Of a stretch of DNA of 64,000 nucleotides, positions 9,303-20,010 are shown one piece after another. Made by a program: the position numbers and the translations under genes. A model generated the notes under the pieces. It had not been told where the DNA came from, made no database searches, and worked only from the letters and a program-made list of their open reading frames with translations. This stretch comes from Bacteroidales bacterium (lineage in GTDB: Bacteria > Bacteroidota > Bacteroidia > Bacteroidales > VadinHA17). Each line of letters opens with the position of its first letter. The stretch's first letter is position 1. The stretch spans positions 2,211 to 66,210 of the forward strand of contig JBJKPQ010000071.1 in the NCBI GenBank assembly GCA_046706305.1, read 5' to 3'.

Positions 9303-9336
9303 GCAGCTGCATTATCAAAAGGCAGCTGTCTTTTTG
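9303..9336 (+). terminator. Rho-independent terminator candidate after aroE (overlaps the 3' end of the convergent gene)
   Basis: CAGCTGC (9304-9310) pairs with GCAGCTG (9322-9328) across an 11-nt loop, followed by CTTTTT. Confidence 0.45.
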
Positions 9337-9668
9337 CCAACTGATCTTCTTATCCAGTACCTGGGGTCGCACTCGGTACACTCCTGTTTCCAGTACCCTG
9401 GTGTAACAACAACTCCGTCACGTGTTAACAGACTTCTCTCATAAATGGCAAAAACAGGATTAAACATAAGATCTGTTACACCGATTGTATATCTTGGTTC
9501 TTCATCAGAAGCTTCTGCATTTTCCTGCATTTCTTTTACTTCCAGATTGTTAAATGTGAGCAGGTCGGTAAGGAAGGCAGCACGTTCAAGAGATGCTTCC
9601 TTTTCCACTATTGTACAACGGATGCCATCTATTTCAGCCACTATATGTTTTGCATTATTAATTGCCAT
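9315..9668 (-). CDS. Hypothetical protein (117 aa)
   Basis: Clean ORF with an ATG start and a TACATTTG -7 motif upstream on the minus strand. I recognise no family; it has one CxxC (CTEC) near the C-terminus. Confidence 0.5.
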   Translation of the reverse strand: MAINNAKHIVAEIDGIRCTIVEKEASLERAAFLTDLLTFNNLEVKEMQENAEASDEEPRYTIGVTDLMFNPVFAIYERSLLTRDGVVVTPGYWKQECTECDPRYWIRRSVGKKTAAF

Positions 9669-9780
9669 AATTTTGTTTTATTTAATCTGTTTTCGCAGTT
9701 GCCTTTTTCTATACCAAATGTAGTAAAATATTAATTTGCCGGAAATACCAGCCACTCAGCGTTACCATAATAACCCTGCT

Positions 9781-11202
9781 TTACAGCCCAAAACTCAGGT
9801 GCCTGATAGCTTCAAAAAGAAAACTTGCAAAACCTGTCAGGAAAATACCCGCCACACAAATTCCAAGTGCCAGTTTGGTGGAGAAATCGCTTTTGAATTT
9901 CTCTATGGGAGTTTCCGATTTGTTAATAAACATTGCTCTGACTACAAGAAGATAATAGTACAATGATATAATGGTGTTAAGTACAGCAATCAAAACAAGG
10001 AGATAAAATCCCTTCTGAGCCGCAGCCGTAAACAGGAAGAACTTTCCAAAGAAACCTGCTACAGGTGGAATCCCTGCAAGTGAGAACAATGCAAGCGTCA
10101 TTATAAGGCTGAGCCCCGGATTTGTGTGATACAAACCGTTATAATCATCCATATTTTCCCTGCCTGTAGCATTAGATACGGCAGTAACAACGCCAAAGGC
10201 TCCCAGGTTTGAAAATATGTAGACCAGAACATAATATATCACTGCAGCCATTCCCAGCTCATTTCCGCCAATAAACCCAAGGAGAATATATCCTGCCTGG
10301 GAAATTGATGAAAATGCCAGAAATCGCTTTAAATTCTTCTGTCGGATGGCAAAAAGGTTACCGACAGTCATCGTGAGAACTGCTGTGACATATATTGTTT
10401 TCTGCCATGTGGCAATAATAACAGGGAAAACAGTATAAAGAATTATCATAAAGATGAATACCGCCGCCCCTTTTGATACAACTGAAAGATATGATGTAAT
10501 ATTCACGGGGGCACCTTCGTATACATCAGCGGTCCATAAATGGAAAGGTACTATAGAAATTTTAAAAGCCATGCCGGCAAAAAAGAAGATGAAGCCGAGT
10601 ATTTGTAGGTTACTGCTTGTGAAATTATGTGAAACCTGTTCGAAATACAGCGACCCTGTGGTGCCGTAGATCATTGAAAGGCCATACAGTAATATTCCGG
10701 ATGAGAGGGCAGAGGAGAGTATCAGTTTGATACCGGCCTCAGCCGATTTGTTTTTATACCTTTCATAAGCAGCCAGGGCAGCTATGGGAATTGTAGCGAG
10801 CTCTATTCCTATGTAGAACATAAGGAAATGGCCTGCTGAAATCATAAAATTCATCCCTATAAGTGTGGATATCAGCAATATAAAATATTCGCTGATTTTT
10901 TCGGAGTTTTCTTCTTTTCTTATCCATGAGACTGACTGGATAAAGACAAGAAGAGCACCAATGTTAAGAATATTCTTCATCAGAAGTCTGGTGCCGGTTG
11001 AAATATACATACCGCCGAAAAGTACACCTTCAGGTGCAGGTATAAATCCTACCGCAGTTATTATTCCCAGCAGGATCACTGCGAAGGTACTGATGCCGCT
11101 TTTCTTCCGTGGATCGACAAAAATTTCAGCCATCAATACAAGAAGAGCTGCAATTGTAAGCAATATTTCGTGCCGCATTATCAAAAAGGTTCCTGAGCTC
11201 AT
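9781..11202 (-). CDS. nuoN: NADH-quinone oxidoreductase subunit N
   Basis: 473-aa polytopic antiporter-like protein and the last gene of the nuo operon, with typical NuoN motifs (FHLWTADVYEGAP). Confidence 0.9.
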   Translation of the reverse strand: MSSGTFLIMRHEILLTIAALLVLMAEIFVDPRKKSGISTFAVILLGIITAVGFIPAPEGVLFGGMYISTGTRLLMKNILNIGALLVFIQSVSWIRKEENSEKISEYFILLISTLIGMNFMISAGHFLMFYIGIELATIPIAALAAYERYKNKSAEAGIKLILSSALSSGILLYGLSMIYGTTGSLYFEQVSHNFTSSNLQILGFIFFFAGMAFKISIVPFHLWTADVYEGAPVNITSYLSVVSKGAAVFIFMIILYTVFPVIIATWQKTIYVTAVLTMTVGNLFAIRQKNLKRFLAFSSISQAGYILLGFIGGNELGMAAVIYYVLVYIFSNLGAFGVVTAVSNATGRENMDDYNGLYHTNPGLSLIMTLALFSLAGIPPVAGFFGKFFLFTAAAQKGFYLLVLIAVLNTIISLYYYLLVVRAMFINKSETPIEKFKSDFSTKLALGICVAGIFLTGFASFLFEAIRHLSFGL

Positions 11203-11239
11203 ATTATATAATTCTCCAAAATATTATTAATTCCTGTTA

Positions 11240-12745
11240 TCAGAATGGGTTCATAGCAAATATCTTGTCTACAATAGGTTGCAGACTTGTTCCGATCATT
11301 GTTGAAAGCCAGAGAGGAGCGAGACCTATAGCTGCAACAGATCCGATCAGTGTAACAACAGATATTTTTTCATACCATTTGGCATCTGTAAGCTGTTCGA
11401 AATGTTTATTTGTAGTAGGTCCGAGCAATAAAATAGCCACCACTCTCAGGATATACACAGCTGTAATTACGATAGATGAAACCGCTAATATCGTTACAAC
11501 CCTGTAGAAAGTCTCATGGTGCTGGAATGCACCAACAAAAATTGTCATCTCTGCAACAAAACCACTAAGTCCTGGGAGTCCGAGAGAAGCAAGACCTGCA
11601 ATTACATAAGCTACCGACAGGAAGGGTATGATTTTCATCAAACCGCCCATCTGGTTGATCATTCGTGTATGGGTGCGTCCATATAGCATACCGATCAGGG
11701 CAAAGAAGAGAGCTGTCATCAGTCCGTGAGATATCATCTGTAGTATGGCACCATCCATTGCCGTTTTATTCATCATCAGGACGGCAAAAAGCACCAGGCC
11801 GCAATGGCTTACTGATGAATAGGCATTGATATATTTAAGATCTTTCTGGGCAATGGCTCCAAAGGCACCATATACAACACTTATTGAGGTAAGTATTATG
11901 AATATCCATGATAATTCATGAGCTGCCTCCGGCATCAGAAATATAGCCACCCTGAATGCACCATAGCCACCCAGCTTCATAAGTACTCCCGCATGAAGCA
12001 TAGAAACAGCAGTAGGGGCTGATGCATGGCCGTCAGGCGACCATGTATGGAATGGGAATAATGCTCCCAGCACACCAAAGCCGACAAAGGTGAGAGGGAA
12101 GAATATCCTTTGAGCCGGAAGGGGTATTGTCACTTTTGAAATATCAAGTATATTGAAAGTAAACTGACCGCCTGAAGGAGCCGAGTTAAAATATATTCCC
12201 AGCAAACCTACGAGCAAAAGTGCTGAACCACCCATAAGCATGAGAGTAAGCTTCATTGCCGAATACTCCTTAGGTCCACTTCCCCAAATACCTATAAGAA
12301 GATACATCGGGATCACGGCAAGTTCATAAAACAGGAACATTGTGAAGAGGTCAAGTGAGATAAAAAAGCCAAAAACCCCGGTGGCCAGTAATATTAAGGA
12401 AATGAAAAATTCTTTTTTGAGGAATTCCACTTCCCATGAAGCAAAGATACCGGCAAAAACAACAATAGATGTCAGGCCTATCATGGCTACAGAAATGCCG
12501 TCAACACCTATTGTGTAGTGAATGTTAAGGCTTTTGAACCACACATAATCCTTCATAAACAGCATTTCGTCAGTGTTCCCTGCATGCCTGGCTGTCAGGT
12601 AAAGATAAACTAGTACCCCGGCCATTATCAGCTGCAGGCCCATCCCGAAGGCAGAAACCACACGTACCTGGCGGGTCTCTTTCAGGAACAATATTGCTGT
12701 AATCGTCAGTACGGGAATTACTACAAACAGTGTAAGAATATCCAT
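11240..12745 (-). CDS. nuoM: NADH-quinone oxidoreductase subunit M
   Basis: 501-aa antiporter-like subunit (FPFHTWSPDGHASAPTAVSMLHAGVLMKLG). Confidence 0.9.
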   Translation of the reverse strand: MDILTLFVVIPVLTITAILFLKETRQVRVVSAFGMGLQLIMAGVLVYLYLTARHAGNTDEMLFMKDYVWFKSLNIHYTIGVDGISVAMIGLTSIVVFAGIFASWEVEFLKKEFFISLILLATGVFGFFISLDLFTMFLFYELAVIPMYLLIGIWGSGPKEYSAMKLTLMLMGGSALLLVGLLGIYFNSAPSGGQFTFNILDISKVTIPLPAQRIFFPLTFVGFGVLGALFPFHTWSPDGHASAPTAVSMLHAGVLMKLGGYGAFRVAIFLMPEAAHELSWIFIILTSISVVYGAFGAIAQKDLKYINAYSSVSHCGLVLFAVLMMNKTAMDGAILQMISHGLMTALFFALIGMLYGRTHTRMINQMGGLMKIIPFLSVAYVIAGLASLGLPGLSGFVAEMTIFVGAFQHHETFYRVVTILAVSSIVITAVYILRVVAILLLGPTTNKHFEQLTDAKWYEKISVVTLIGSVAAIGLAPLWLSTMIGTSLQPIVDKIFAMNPF

Positions 12746-12773
12746 AATATTTAATCTATATCTTGATAATCAA

Positions 12774-14693
12774 TTATTTCCATAAATAAATAAATAGTAT
12801 CGCAAGGGTAATAGCTCCCGTTACAAATGCGAAAGCATATTTCTGAAGCTGACCCGACTGAAACTCTCTGATCCTGAACGAAACATTCTGTGTCACATTT
12901 GCAATTGCATTCATTGTGCCATCAACAATATGCCTGTCGAACCATGCAACAGGTTGTGATATGTACCGGAAAATGATCTTCTTTGTAATGAAGAGGTATA
13001 CCTCATCAATGTAGAATTTATTATAAGCCCATTTATATGAGTATTTAAATGTTGACGCCAGCCTGTCGGGCAATGGTGATTCCTTTTTATACATTACCCA
13101 TGCAACGGCTATGCCCAGGATACCAACCAGAACTGACGGGATGGCAACAGCCATATCCAGGCTTGTTGAGAATGGTTTACCGTCTGAGGTAACCAGGTCG
13201 TGGAATGGAATAAATCCTGAGAAAGCAGCACCTATGGCAAGTATTATCAGAGGTATTGTCATTGTTGCCGGTGCTTCATGTGGTGTATGGTGGTATTCTC
13301 TATCCCTGCCCCAGAATATTGCGAAATAGATCCTGAACATATAGAATGCTGTTATTCCTGCTACCGCCCATTCAACAAAGAATAGTATTTTATTATGTTC
13401 CAGAGCGGCAGCCAGTATTTCATCTTTACTGAAAAAGCCAGCAAAAGGAGGAATACCAGATATTGAGAGGCAGGCTATAAGGAATGTGATATGAGTAATT
13501 GGCAGATGTTTCCTGAGTCCGCCCATATCGTTCATGAAATTGCTGTGTACGGCATGAATTATTGCCCCTGCACCCAGGAAGAGGAGTGCTTTAAACATGG
13601 CATGTGTGAAAAGATGAAACATGGAAGCCATATATCCAAGGCCTTCATGTCCGCCATATTTTGAAACTCCCAGTGCAAGCATCATATAGCCAATCTGCGA
13701 CATTGTCGAATAGGCCAGTACCCGCTTAATATCGGTTTGTGTACATGCTATAATTGCAGCAAAAAGTGATGAAAAACCACCTATATATGCAACAACTTCA
13801 AGAGCGACAGGTGCTGAGAAAACATATACTGGGAACATTCTTGCCACCAGGTATACACCTGCCACAACCATTGTGGCTGCATGTATTAGGGCAGATACCG
13901 GGGTGGGACCTTCCATAGCATCAGGAAGCCAGATATGGAAAGGGAACATAGCTGATTTACCAACACCTCCCATATATACAAATATCATCGACCATGTCAT
14001 TACTGAAAGTCCGAGAAATGCAGGGCGGCTGCCCTGAAGCAGGCTTGTACCGCCGGTATTTGTAAGAGTTATGAAATCAAATGTCTTTGTGTTGAACGAA
14101 AGTATAAGAATCCCGATGAGGAAACCAAGATCAGCAAATCTTGTAACAATAAATGCTTTTTTAGATGCCCTTACAGCAGAAGGTTTCTGGTAATAAAATC
14201 CAATCAGGAGAAAGGATGAAACACCGACAAGCTCCCAGAAAATATACATCTGGAAGATATTCGTTGCTACAACCAGTCCCAGCATGGCAAAACTGAACAA
14301 TGAAAGGAATGCGAAAAAACGTTCATACCCTCTTTCTCCTTTCATATATCCGATACTGTAGATATGGACCATTAAAGATACAGTGGTTACGACTATAAGC
14401 ATCATTACGGATATGGGATCGAGAAGCATTCCAATATCAATATGAAGCTTATCAGTGAATTGCAGCCATACATGGTTGAAAGCTATGAGCTTCTGATAAG
14501 CATCATTTATTTTTTCACTCATGAAAAAATACCTGTATGCTGTGATGTATGACAATAAGGTGATTATTGCCAGTCCGGCAGTACCCAGTATCCCTGAAAG
14601 TCTTGGCTTGAGCTTATTACCAAAAAGCCCGAGCAAAAGGAACATGACAAAGGGAATCTGTAGGATCCAGAAAGTGTTACCGAAATTTATCAT
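12774..14693 (-). CDS. nuoL: NADH-quinone oxidoreductase subunit L
   Basis: 639 aa, the longest antiporter-like subunit (FPFHIWLPDAMEGPTPVSALIHAATMV), with a C-terminal extension. Confidence 0.92.
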   Translation of the reverse strand: MINFGNTFWILQIPFVMFLLLGLFGNKLKPRLSGILGTAGLAIITLLSYITAYRYFFMSEKINDAYQKLIAFNHVWLQFTDKLHIDIGMLLDPISVMMLIVVTTVSLMVHIYSIGYMKGERGYERFFAFLSLFSFAMLGLVVATNIFQMYIFWELVGVSSFLLIGFYYQKPSAVRASKKAFIVTRFADLGFLIGILILSFNTKTFDFITLTNTGGTSLLQGSRPAFLGLSVMTWSMIFVYMGGVGKSAMFPFHIWLPDAMEGPTPVSALIHAATMVVAGVYLVARMFPVYVFSAPVALEVVAYIGGFSSLFAAIIACTQTDIKRVLAYSTMSQIGYMMLALGVSKYGGHEGLGYMASMFHLFTHAMFKALLFLGAGAIIHAVHSNFMNDMGGLRKHLPITHITFLIACLSISGIPPFAGFFSKDEILAAALEHNKILFFVEWAVAGITAFYMFRIYFAIFWGRDREYHHTPHEAPATMTIPLIILAIGAAFSGFIPFHDLVTSDGKPFSTSLDMAVAIPSVLVGILGIAVAWVMYKKESPLPDRLASTFKYSYKWAYNKFYIDEVYLFITKKIIFRYISQPVAWFDRHIVDGTMNAIANVTQNVSFRIREFQSGQLQKYAFAFVTGAITLAILFIYLWK

Positions 14694-14718
14694 TTTTATC
14701 TTCCTCTTTATGTAATAA

Positions 14719-15036
14719 TCAGTATTTCATTTCATTAACATCCTCAACATTGATTGTTGAAAAGCGCCTGTATATATTTATTATTATTGCTATCGCAACT
14801 GCAGCCTCCGATGCCGCCACAGCTATCACAAAAAGACTGAAGAACATTCCCTCCAGCTTATGTGGAAAAAGGTAACGGTTGAAGGTCAGGAAATTTATAT
14901 TCACTGAATTGAGTATTAGCTCCACAGACATCAGGATGGTTATGAGATTACGACGTGTAAGAAATCCATAGACCCCGGCAAAAAACATGACTGCGGCCAG
15001 AATCAGAAAATATTGCATTGGTATACCATAGTTCAT
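14719..15036 (-). CDS. nuoK: NADH-quinone oxidoreductase subunit K
   Basis: 105-aa three-TM protein in the NuoK position, with a conserved Glu in TM (SVELILNSVN). Confidence 0.9.
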   Translation of the reverse strand: MNYGIPMQYFLILAAVMFFAGVYGFLTRRNLITILMSVELILNSVNINFLTFNRYLFPHKLEGMFFSLFVIAVAASEAAVAIAIIINIYRRFSTINVEDVNEMKY

Positions 15037-15037
15037 A

Positions 15038-15580
15038 TTATTCCTGTTTTAAGTTTGGTATCTCTTTATGTTTAGGACCGCCTTTCTTAGCAACAACAAT
15101 GGCGGAAATCATAGCGGCCAGTAATAGCACGGATATTACTTCAAAGGGAAGTATATAACCGTCATGATCGACAGAAAGAAGGCTCTTGCCAATAAGTTTC
15201 ATATCTATAGCAGCTGCTGCTTCAGTTGTGGCTGAAAACTGGTAGTCGAGAATTGTAATAATCGACAGAAATGCCCCGGCAAGAGCTGCGAGTGCCGAAA
15301 AAACAACTTTCTTAAATCCGGGTACTTCAAATTTCTGACTGATATGACTTGTCAGTAGTATTGAGAAGATTATCAGTACTACAATTCCACCTGCATACAA
15401 AGTAAGCTGTATGGCGGCAAGAAACTGGTAATTAAGCATGAAGTACAGTCCTGATGTTGAAACAAGAACAAATAGCAGAAAAACTGCTGCCCTGAGAATC
15501 CTCCTTGTAGTAACTGTCAGTATTGAGAAGACAATTATCATTGCCGAAAAGAGGACAAACATTATCTGATTAGCGGCCAT
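15038..15580 (-). CDS. nuoJ: NADH-quinone oxidoreductase subunit J
   Basis: 180-aa membrane protein lying between nuoI and nuoK. Confidence 0.85.
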   Translation of the reverse strand: MAANQIMFVLFSAMIIVFSILTVTTRRILRAAVFLLFVLVSTSGLYFMLNYQFLAAIQLTLYAGGIVVLIIFSILLTSHISQKFEVPGFKKVVFSALAALAGAFLSIITILDYQFSATTEAAAAIDMKLIGKSLLSVDHDGYILPFEVISVLLLAAMISAIVVAKKGGPKHKEIPNLKQE

Positions 15581-16059
15581 TATTCAACTCCTTTCATTAA
15601 TTGAGAACCAGGTTTATTTAATTGTTTAACTAGCAGAGACCTGTTAAAGACTGCATGCTCAAATTCCTGGGAAAAAGCCAGGGCATTTGACGGACATGTC
15701 TTTATACAAAGTCCGCAGAAAGTACACATACCAAGACGGTAGATGTGCTTATCTATGATTCTTTTCTTTTTACCTTCTTCCGTTATTATTGTCTTGGAAA
15801 TAACCTCTATGGTACCATTCGGGCAGTTAATCTCACAGATGCCGCAGCCGGTACATTTATGTTCATTTTTTTCATTGTGTGGCATTACAACCTCACCCTT
15901 GAAGCGGTCGAACATTACAAGGTCCTTCCTGTTGCTGGGATATTTCTGAGTAACTATTGTTGATGGTCTGAAAAAATAAGACCCTGTCACTTTCATACCT
16001 TTCATCAACGACCAGACTCCCAGTACTATGTCCTTTAAATATTTTATGATGCTTCTCAT
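15580..16059 (-). CDS. nuoI: NADH-quinone oxidoreductase subunit I (2x[4Fe-4S])
   Basis: 159 aa with two ferredoxin-type Cys motifs (CTGCGICEINCP and CTFCGLCIKTCP). Confidence 0.92.
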   Translation of the reverse strand: MRSIIKYLKDIVLGVWSLMKGMKVTGSYFFRPSTIVTQKYPSNRKDLVMFDRFKGEVVMPHNEKNEHKCTGCGICEINCPNGTIEVISKTIITEEGKKKRIIDKHIYRLGMCTFCGLCIKTCPSNALAFSQEFEHAVFNRSLLVKQLNKPGSQLMKGVE

Positions 16060-16124
16060 TCAGAGATATATATTAATTATTGTTAAGTTTTAACTTTAAT
16101 TTAATCTGTTACATTCTCCCACTA

Positions 16125-17213
16125 TCAGAAATGCCACCCCATTAATATTACAAATGACATTATTAGTACATTAACAAGGTTAATTGGCAGGAGGTATTTC
16201 CATTCTAGTGTAAGGAGCTGATCAATTCTCAATCTGGGGAAAGTCCATTTAAACCACATCATCATAAATATTACGAATGCTGTTTTACCCAGATACCAAA
16301 TGAAGGGTGGTATAAAATCCATCACATGGTTGAATCCTTCCCAGCTGCCAACATGGAAAGGCATCCATCCTCCGAGGAATACCGTAGCTGCAATTGATGC
16401 CACAATGAACATGTTGATGTATTCAGCCAAAAAGAAGAATGCGAATTTGATACCGGAATATTCTGTATGGTAACCGGCAGTAAGTTCCGATTCTGCTTCA
16501 GCCAGGTCGAAAGGCCCCCTGTTTGTTTCAGCTGTACTGGCTATCATATAAATAATAAAAGCTATAAATGCAGGGATGTGTCCTTTGAAGATGAACCAGC
16601 CGTCTCTCTGTGCTTCGACTATTGTTGAAAGTTGCATTGAGCCTGCCAGCATAACCACTGTTATAAGGGCAAGGCCAACAGAAAGTTCATAACTTACTAT
16701 CTGAGCACCACTTCTCATGGCCCCGATCAGGGAATACTTATTGTTGCTTGACCAGCCTGCAATAAGTACACCGATAACACCCATTGATGATACGGCAATT
16801 ACATAAAGCACACCTATATTGAGATCTATAGCCTGCAGTCCCAGCGCAAAAGGTATAGCTGCAATTGCCATAAAAGATGCAATAATGACAATAAACGGAG
16901 CTAGGTTGAACAGGAATTTATCGGCATTTCTTATGGGTACGAGTTCCACAAACAGCAGTTTGATAAGATCGGCAATGGTCTGAAAAATGCCAAAAGGCCC
17001 GACCCTGTTCGGACCAAGCCTGTTTTGCATAAAGGCACATACCTTTCTTTCTGCATAAACCAGGAAGAGACCCACAACAGCATAAAACAGGAGAATCAGG
17101 ACTCCTATTATTACCATTTCGGTGACTGTAGTCCAGAATGGAGACATGGCAGAATGCAAACTGGTGTCTATCCATTTGGTCAGTGATGAAAAATCGTAAA
17201 TGTCAAAAGGCAT
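16125..17213 (-). CDS. nuoH: NADH-quinone oxidoreductase subunit H
   Basis: 362 aa with NuoH/ND1 motifs ([37 protein letters not shown]). Confidence 0.93.
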   Translation of the reverse strand: MPFDIYDFSSLTKWIDTSLHSAMSPFWTTVTEMVIIGVLILLFYAVVGLFLVYAERKVCAFMQNRLGPNRVGPFGIFQTIADLIKLLFVELVPIRNADKFLFNLAPFIVIIASFMAIAAIPFALGLQAIDLNIGVLYVIAVSSMGVIGVLIAGWSSNNKYSLIGAMRSGAQIVSYELSVGLALITVVMLAGSMQLSTIVEAQRDGWFIFKGHIPAFIAFIIYMIASTAETNRGPFDLAEAESELTAGYHTEYSGIKFAFFFLAEYINMFIVASIAATVFLGGWMPFHVGSWEGFNHVMDFIPPFIWYLGKTAFVIFMMMWFKWTFPRLRIDQLLTLEWKYLLPINLVNVLIMSFVILMGWHF

Positions 17214-17338
17214 ATTTTAATTCTTTAAATCATGTTACTCTTAAAAGTATCCGGCATCCGGCCGGGTTATTTTGCCGGCTAATCAATTCCCGACAGCTTT
17301 CGGGAGAGTAACCGGCTATAGGTAAATCAAAGTAAATT

Positions 17339-18463
17339 CTATCTGTCAATGTCTGGTATTACAAGGTCAAGAGATCCTCCAATTGCAACAAGATCAGCTA
17401 TTTTGAAACCCTTGGATATCTCGTTAAGAACTGAAAGGTTCACAAAATTGGGAGATCTGAACTTAACCCTGTACGGATTTTTGTTGCCGTCGCTGATAAT
17501 ATAGACACCCAATTCACCTCTTGCTGTTTCTACTCTCTGATAATATTCCCCCTCAGGCAGTTTTATCACCGGTTTCATTTTGACGGCATATGGTCCCTCT
17601 GGAATATTGTCGATAAGCTGCTCAATAATATCCATTGATTCTCTCATTTCTTCTATTCTGGCCAGGTATCTGTGATAAGTATCGCCCTCGGTGAAGAGCA
17701 CCTCGTTAAATTTTACACGATCGTAGGCACTGTATGGATCCTGTTTCCTTATATCGCATGAGAAACCGGAAGCACGTCCCGAAGGTCCGGTAATTCCATA
17801 TGCTATAGCATCCTCAAGTGATAAAACACCAACACCTTTACTTCTCTCTTCGAATATGATATTGCCAGTGAGCAGCTGATCATATTCAGGAAGAGTTTTT
17901 CTGAAGTACTTAATAAATTCCTTCACCCTTTTCTGAAAATTTGGATGAATATCGTACATGAGTCCGCCAGGGCAGTTATAGCTTACTATCATTCTGCTTC
18001 CACATGTTTCTTCGAATATGTCGAGAATCTTTTCCCTGTCGCGAAGACCATAGAAGAAACAGGTAAGGCCACCCAGGTCCATTCCGAAAGAAGCCCACCA
18101 TAGCTGGTGTGACTGTATACGAGTCAGTTCCGCCATTATGGTTCTGATCACTTTTATTCTGTCGGGAATATCAATTTCAAGGGCTTTTTCGACATTCAGG
18201 CATACAGCTTCATTATTAATATGGGCTGAGAGATAATCCATCCTGTCGGTAAGATGAATGATCTGGGGATAAGTGATACTCTCACACATTTTTTCAATTC
18301 CCCTGTGAATATAGCCAATATGAGGTTTTATGTCCTGGACTATTTCACCCTTGAGCGAAACGACAAGTCTAAGTACGCCATGAGTGGAAGGGTGTTGAGG
18401 CCCCATGTTAATAACATACTCCTGGTGGTCGTCAGCCGTAATATTTTTTACGTTTTCGTCCAT
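17339..18463 (-). CDS. nuoD: NADH-quinone oxidoreductase subunit D
   Basis: 374 aa (MGPQHPSTHGVLRL, HIGYIHRGIEK; the C-terminus ends ..DIDR). Confidence 0.93.
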   Translation of the reverse strand: MDENVKNITADDHQEYVINMGPQHPSTHGVLRLVVSLKGEIVQDIKPHIGYIHRGIEKMCESITYPQIIHLTDRMDYLSAHINNEAVCLNVEKALEIDIPDRIKVIRTIMAELTRIQSHQLWWASFGMDLGGLTCFFYGLRDREKILDIFEETCGSRMIVSYNCPGGLMYDIHPNFQKRVKEFIKYFRKTLPEYDQLLTGNIIFEERSKGVGVLSLEDAIAYGITGPSGRASGFSCDIRKQDPYSAYDRVKFNEVLFTEGDTYHRYLARIEEMRESMDIIEQLIDNIPEGPYAVKMKPVIKLPEGEYYQRVETARGELGVYIISDGNKNPYRVKFRSPNFVNLSVLNEISKGFKIADLVAIGGSLDLVIPDIDR

Positions 18464-18466
18464 AAG

Positions 18467-18922
18467 TTATTTGGTAACAATATTTATATCATCAACATAA
18501 TCCTTTCTCAAGGGGTATCCCCAGGAACTGTCCAGGAATAACCTTCTGAGATCAGGATGGTTGGCAAACTTTATCCCCAGGAGGTCAAATGCCTCTCTTT
18601 CATGGTATTCAGCAGTTTTCCAGATATCAGTAACTGAATCAAACTGTGGGTTTTCCCTGTCTGATGTCCTGACCTTGAGAACGATAACATGAGAATGAAC
18701 AGTAGACCTGATGTGATAAACTACACCCAGATCCTGCCCGTAGTCCACACCAGTAAGGCAAAAGAGGTAGTCAAACCTGGTTTTATCATTTTCTTTAAGA
18801 CTGGATGCTACTGAATGAAGTTTTTCAGCCGGAAGGTTTAATTCGGGATATTGCTTTCCCTCTGTTATCTCAAGATCCTTATCGAGCGTTTTTATGAATT
18901 CTTCTAATTGTTTGTTATCCAT
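18467..18922 (-). CDS. nuoC: NADH-quinone oxidoreductase subunit C
   Basis: 151 aa with the NuoC signature (WKTAEYHEREAFDLLGIKFANHPDLRRL). Confidence 0.9.
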   Translation of the reverse strand: MDNKQLEEFIKTLDKDLEITEGKQYPELNLPAEKLHSVASSLKENDKTRFDYLFCLTGVDYGQDLGVVYHIRSTVHSHVIVLKVRTSDRENPQFDSVTDIWKTAEYHEREAFDLLGIKFANHPDLRRLFLDSSWGYPLRKDYVDDINIVTK

Positions 18923-18954
18923 TTTCTGTCGGATTTCTGAATGAGTTCTCTCTG

Positions 18955-19515
18955 CTATTTTGAATTATGGGAGGCATTGCGGCTTTTTCTCGACTTCATT
19001 GTTTCTGTCTCAATTTTTCTCTGAAGTTGTAACATACCATAAAGTAATGCTTCCGGTCGGGGAGGACAGCCAGGAACGAAGACGTCAACAGGTATAACAT
19101 GTTCGACTCCCTTTATAACAGAATATGAGTTTAGGAAAAACGGGCCTCCGGAAATTGCGCATGCACCCATTGCTACTACATACTTAGGTTCGGACATCTG
19201 GTCGTACAGGCGTTTCAGTACAGGAGCCATCTTGTTGACAATTGTACCGGCCACGACAATTACATCCGCCTGCCTGGGGCTTGCCCTGTATACTTCCATT
19301 CCAAACCTGGCAAAATCATGTCGTGGTGCGCCAGCTGCCATCATCTCGATACCACAACAACTTGTTGCGAAAGTGAGTGGCCACAAAGAATTCTTACGCC
19401 CCCAGTTTATTACATCGTCTATAGTGGTAAGAAGCACATTGGTTCCCGATTCCCTCAGAAGTTCGAGGCTTTCATTGTCCCCGAAATCTTCTTTTTTCAT
19501 TCCTTTTATTCCCAT
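18955..19515 (-). CDS. nuoB: NADH-quinone oxidoreductase subunit B
   Basis: 186 aa with the N2 cluster ligands ([24 protein letters not shown]). Confidence 0.93.
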   Translation of the reverse strand: MGIKGMKKEDFGDNESLELLRESGTNVLLTTIDDVINWGRKNSLWPLTFATSCCGIEMMAAGAPRHDFARFGMEVYRASPRQADVIVVAGTIVNKMAPVLKRLYDQMSEPKYVVAMGACAISGGPFFLNSYSVIKGVEHVIPVDVFVPGCPPRPEALLYGMLQLQRKIETETMKSRKSRNASHNSK

Positions 19516-19856
19516 ATCAGTGCATGTTTTTTCCAGGCATAAAGTAATCCAAGGCCCAGGATGAAAAAGAATATCACTATTTCAATAAAAGCAGTCATTC
19601 CGACTTCTTTCATGACAACAGCCCAGGGAAATACCAGAACTGTCTCCACATCGAAAACGAGAAAAAGGATAGCAAAAAGATAATATCCTACATTAAACTG
19701 GAGCCAGGTTACTCCCTGTGTCGGAATACCGCATTCGTAAGGATCAAATTTCTGTGGATTAACTGATTTCGGCGAAACTATACCTGAAAAAATCAGTACA
19801 AGACCTACAAAAATAGCGCCTACGAGAAAAAATAAAATTAACCATTCGTTATTCAT
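19506..19856 (-). CDS. nuoA: NADH-quinone oxidoreductase subunit A
   Basis: 116-aa three-TM protein (YECG, FLVFDVE) and the first gene of the operon. Confidence 0.9.
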   Translation of the reverse strand: MNNEWLILFFLVGAIFVGLVLIFSGIVSPKSVNPQKFDPYECGIPTQGVTWLQFNVGYYLFAILFLVFDVETVLVFPWAVVMKEVGMTAFIEIVIFFFILGLGLLYAWKKHALIWE

Positions 19857-20010
19857 AAATAACCTATTGTTTGGGTTTGGTAAAGACGCACAAAAATATC
19901 ATATAATTTAATTCTTGTGAAATAATTAACAGCTTATAAAAGTGATAATTATCATAAACTATATGATGGCTTGTTTCATACGACATTTAAAGTTATAAAT
20001 AGAATTCAAT

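Noticed and set aside
17214-17338. Missing nuoE/F/G as a deletion or assembly gap
   Set aside because: Absence of nuoEFG is the normal state of Bacteroidota NDH-1 operons. The spacer is short, and the flanking genes are intact and in order.
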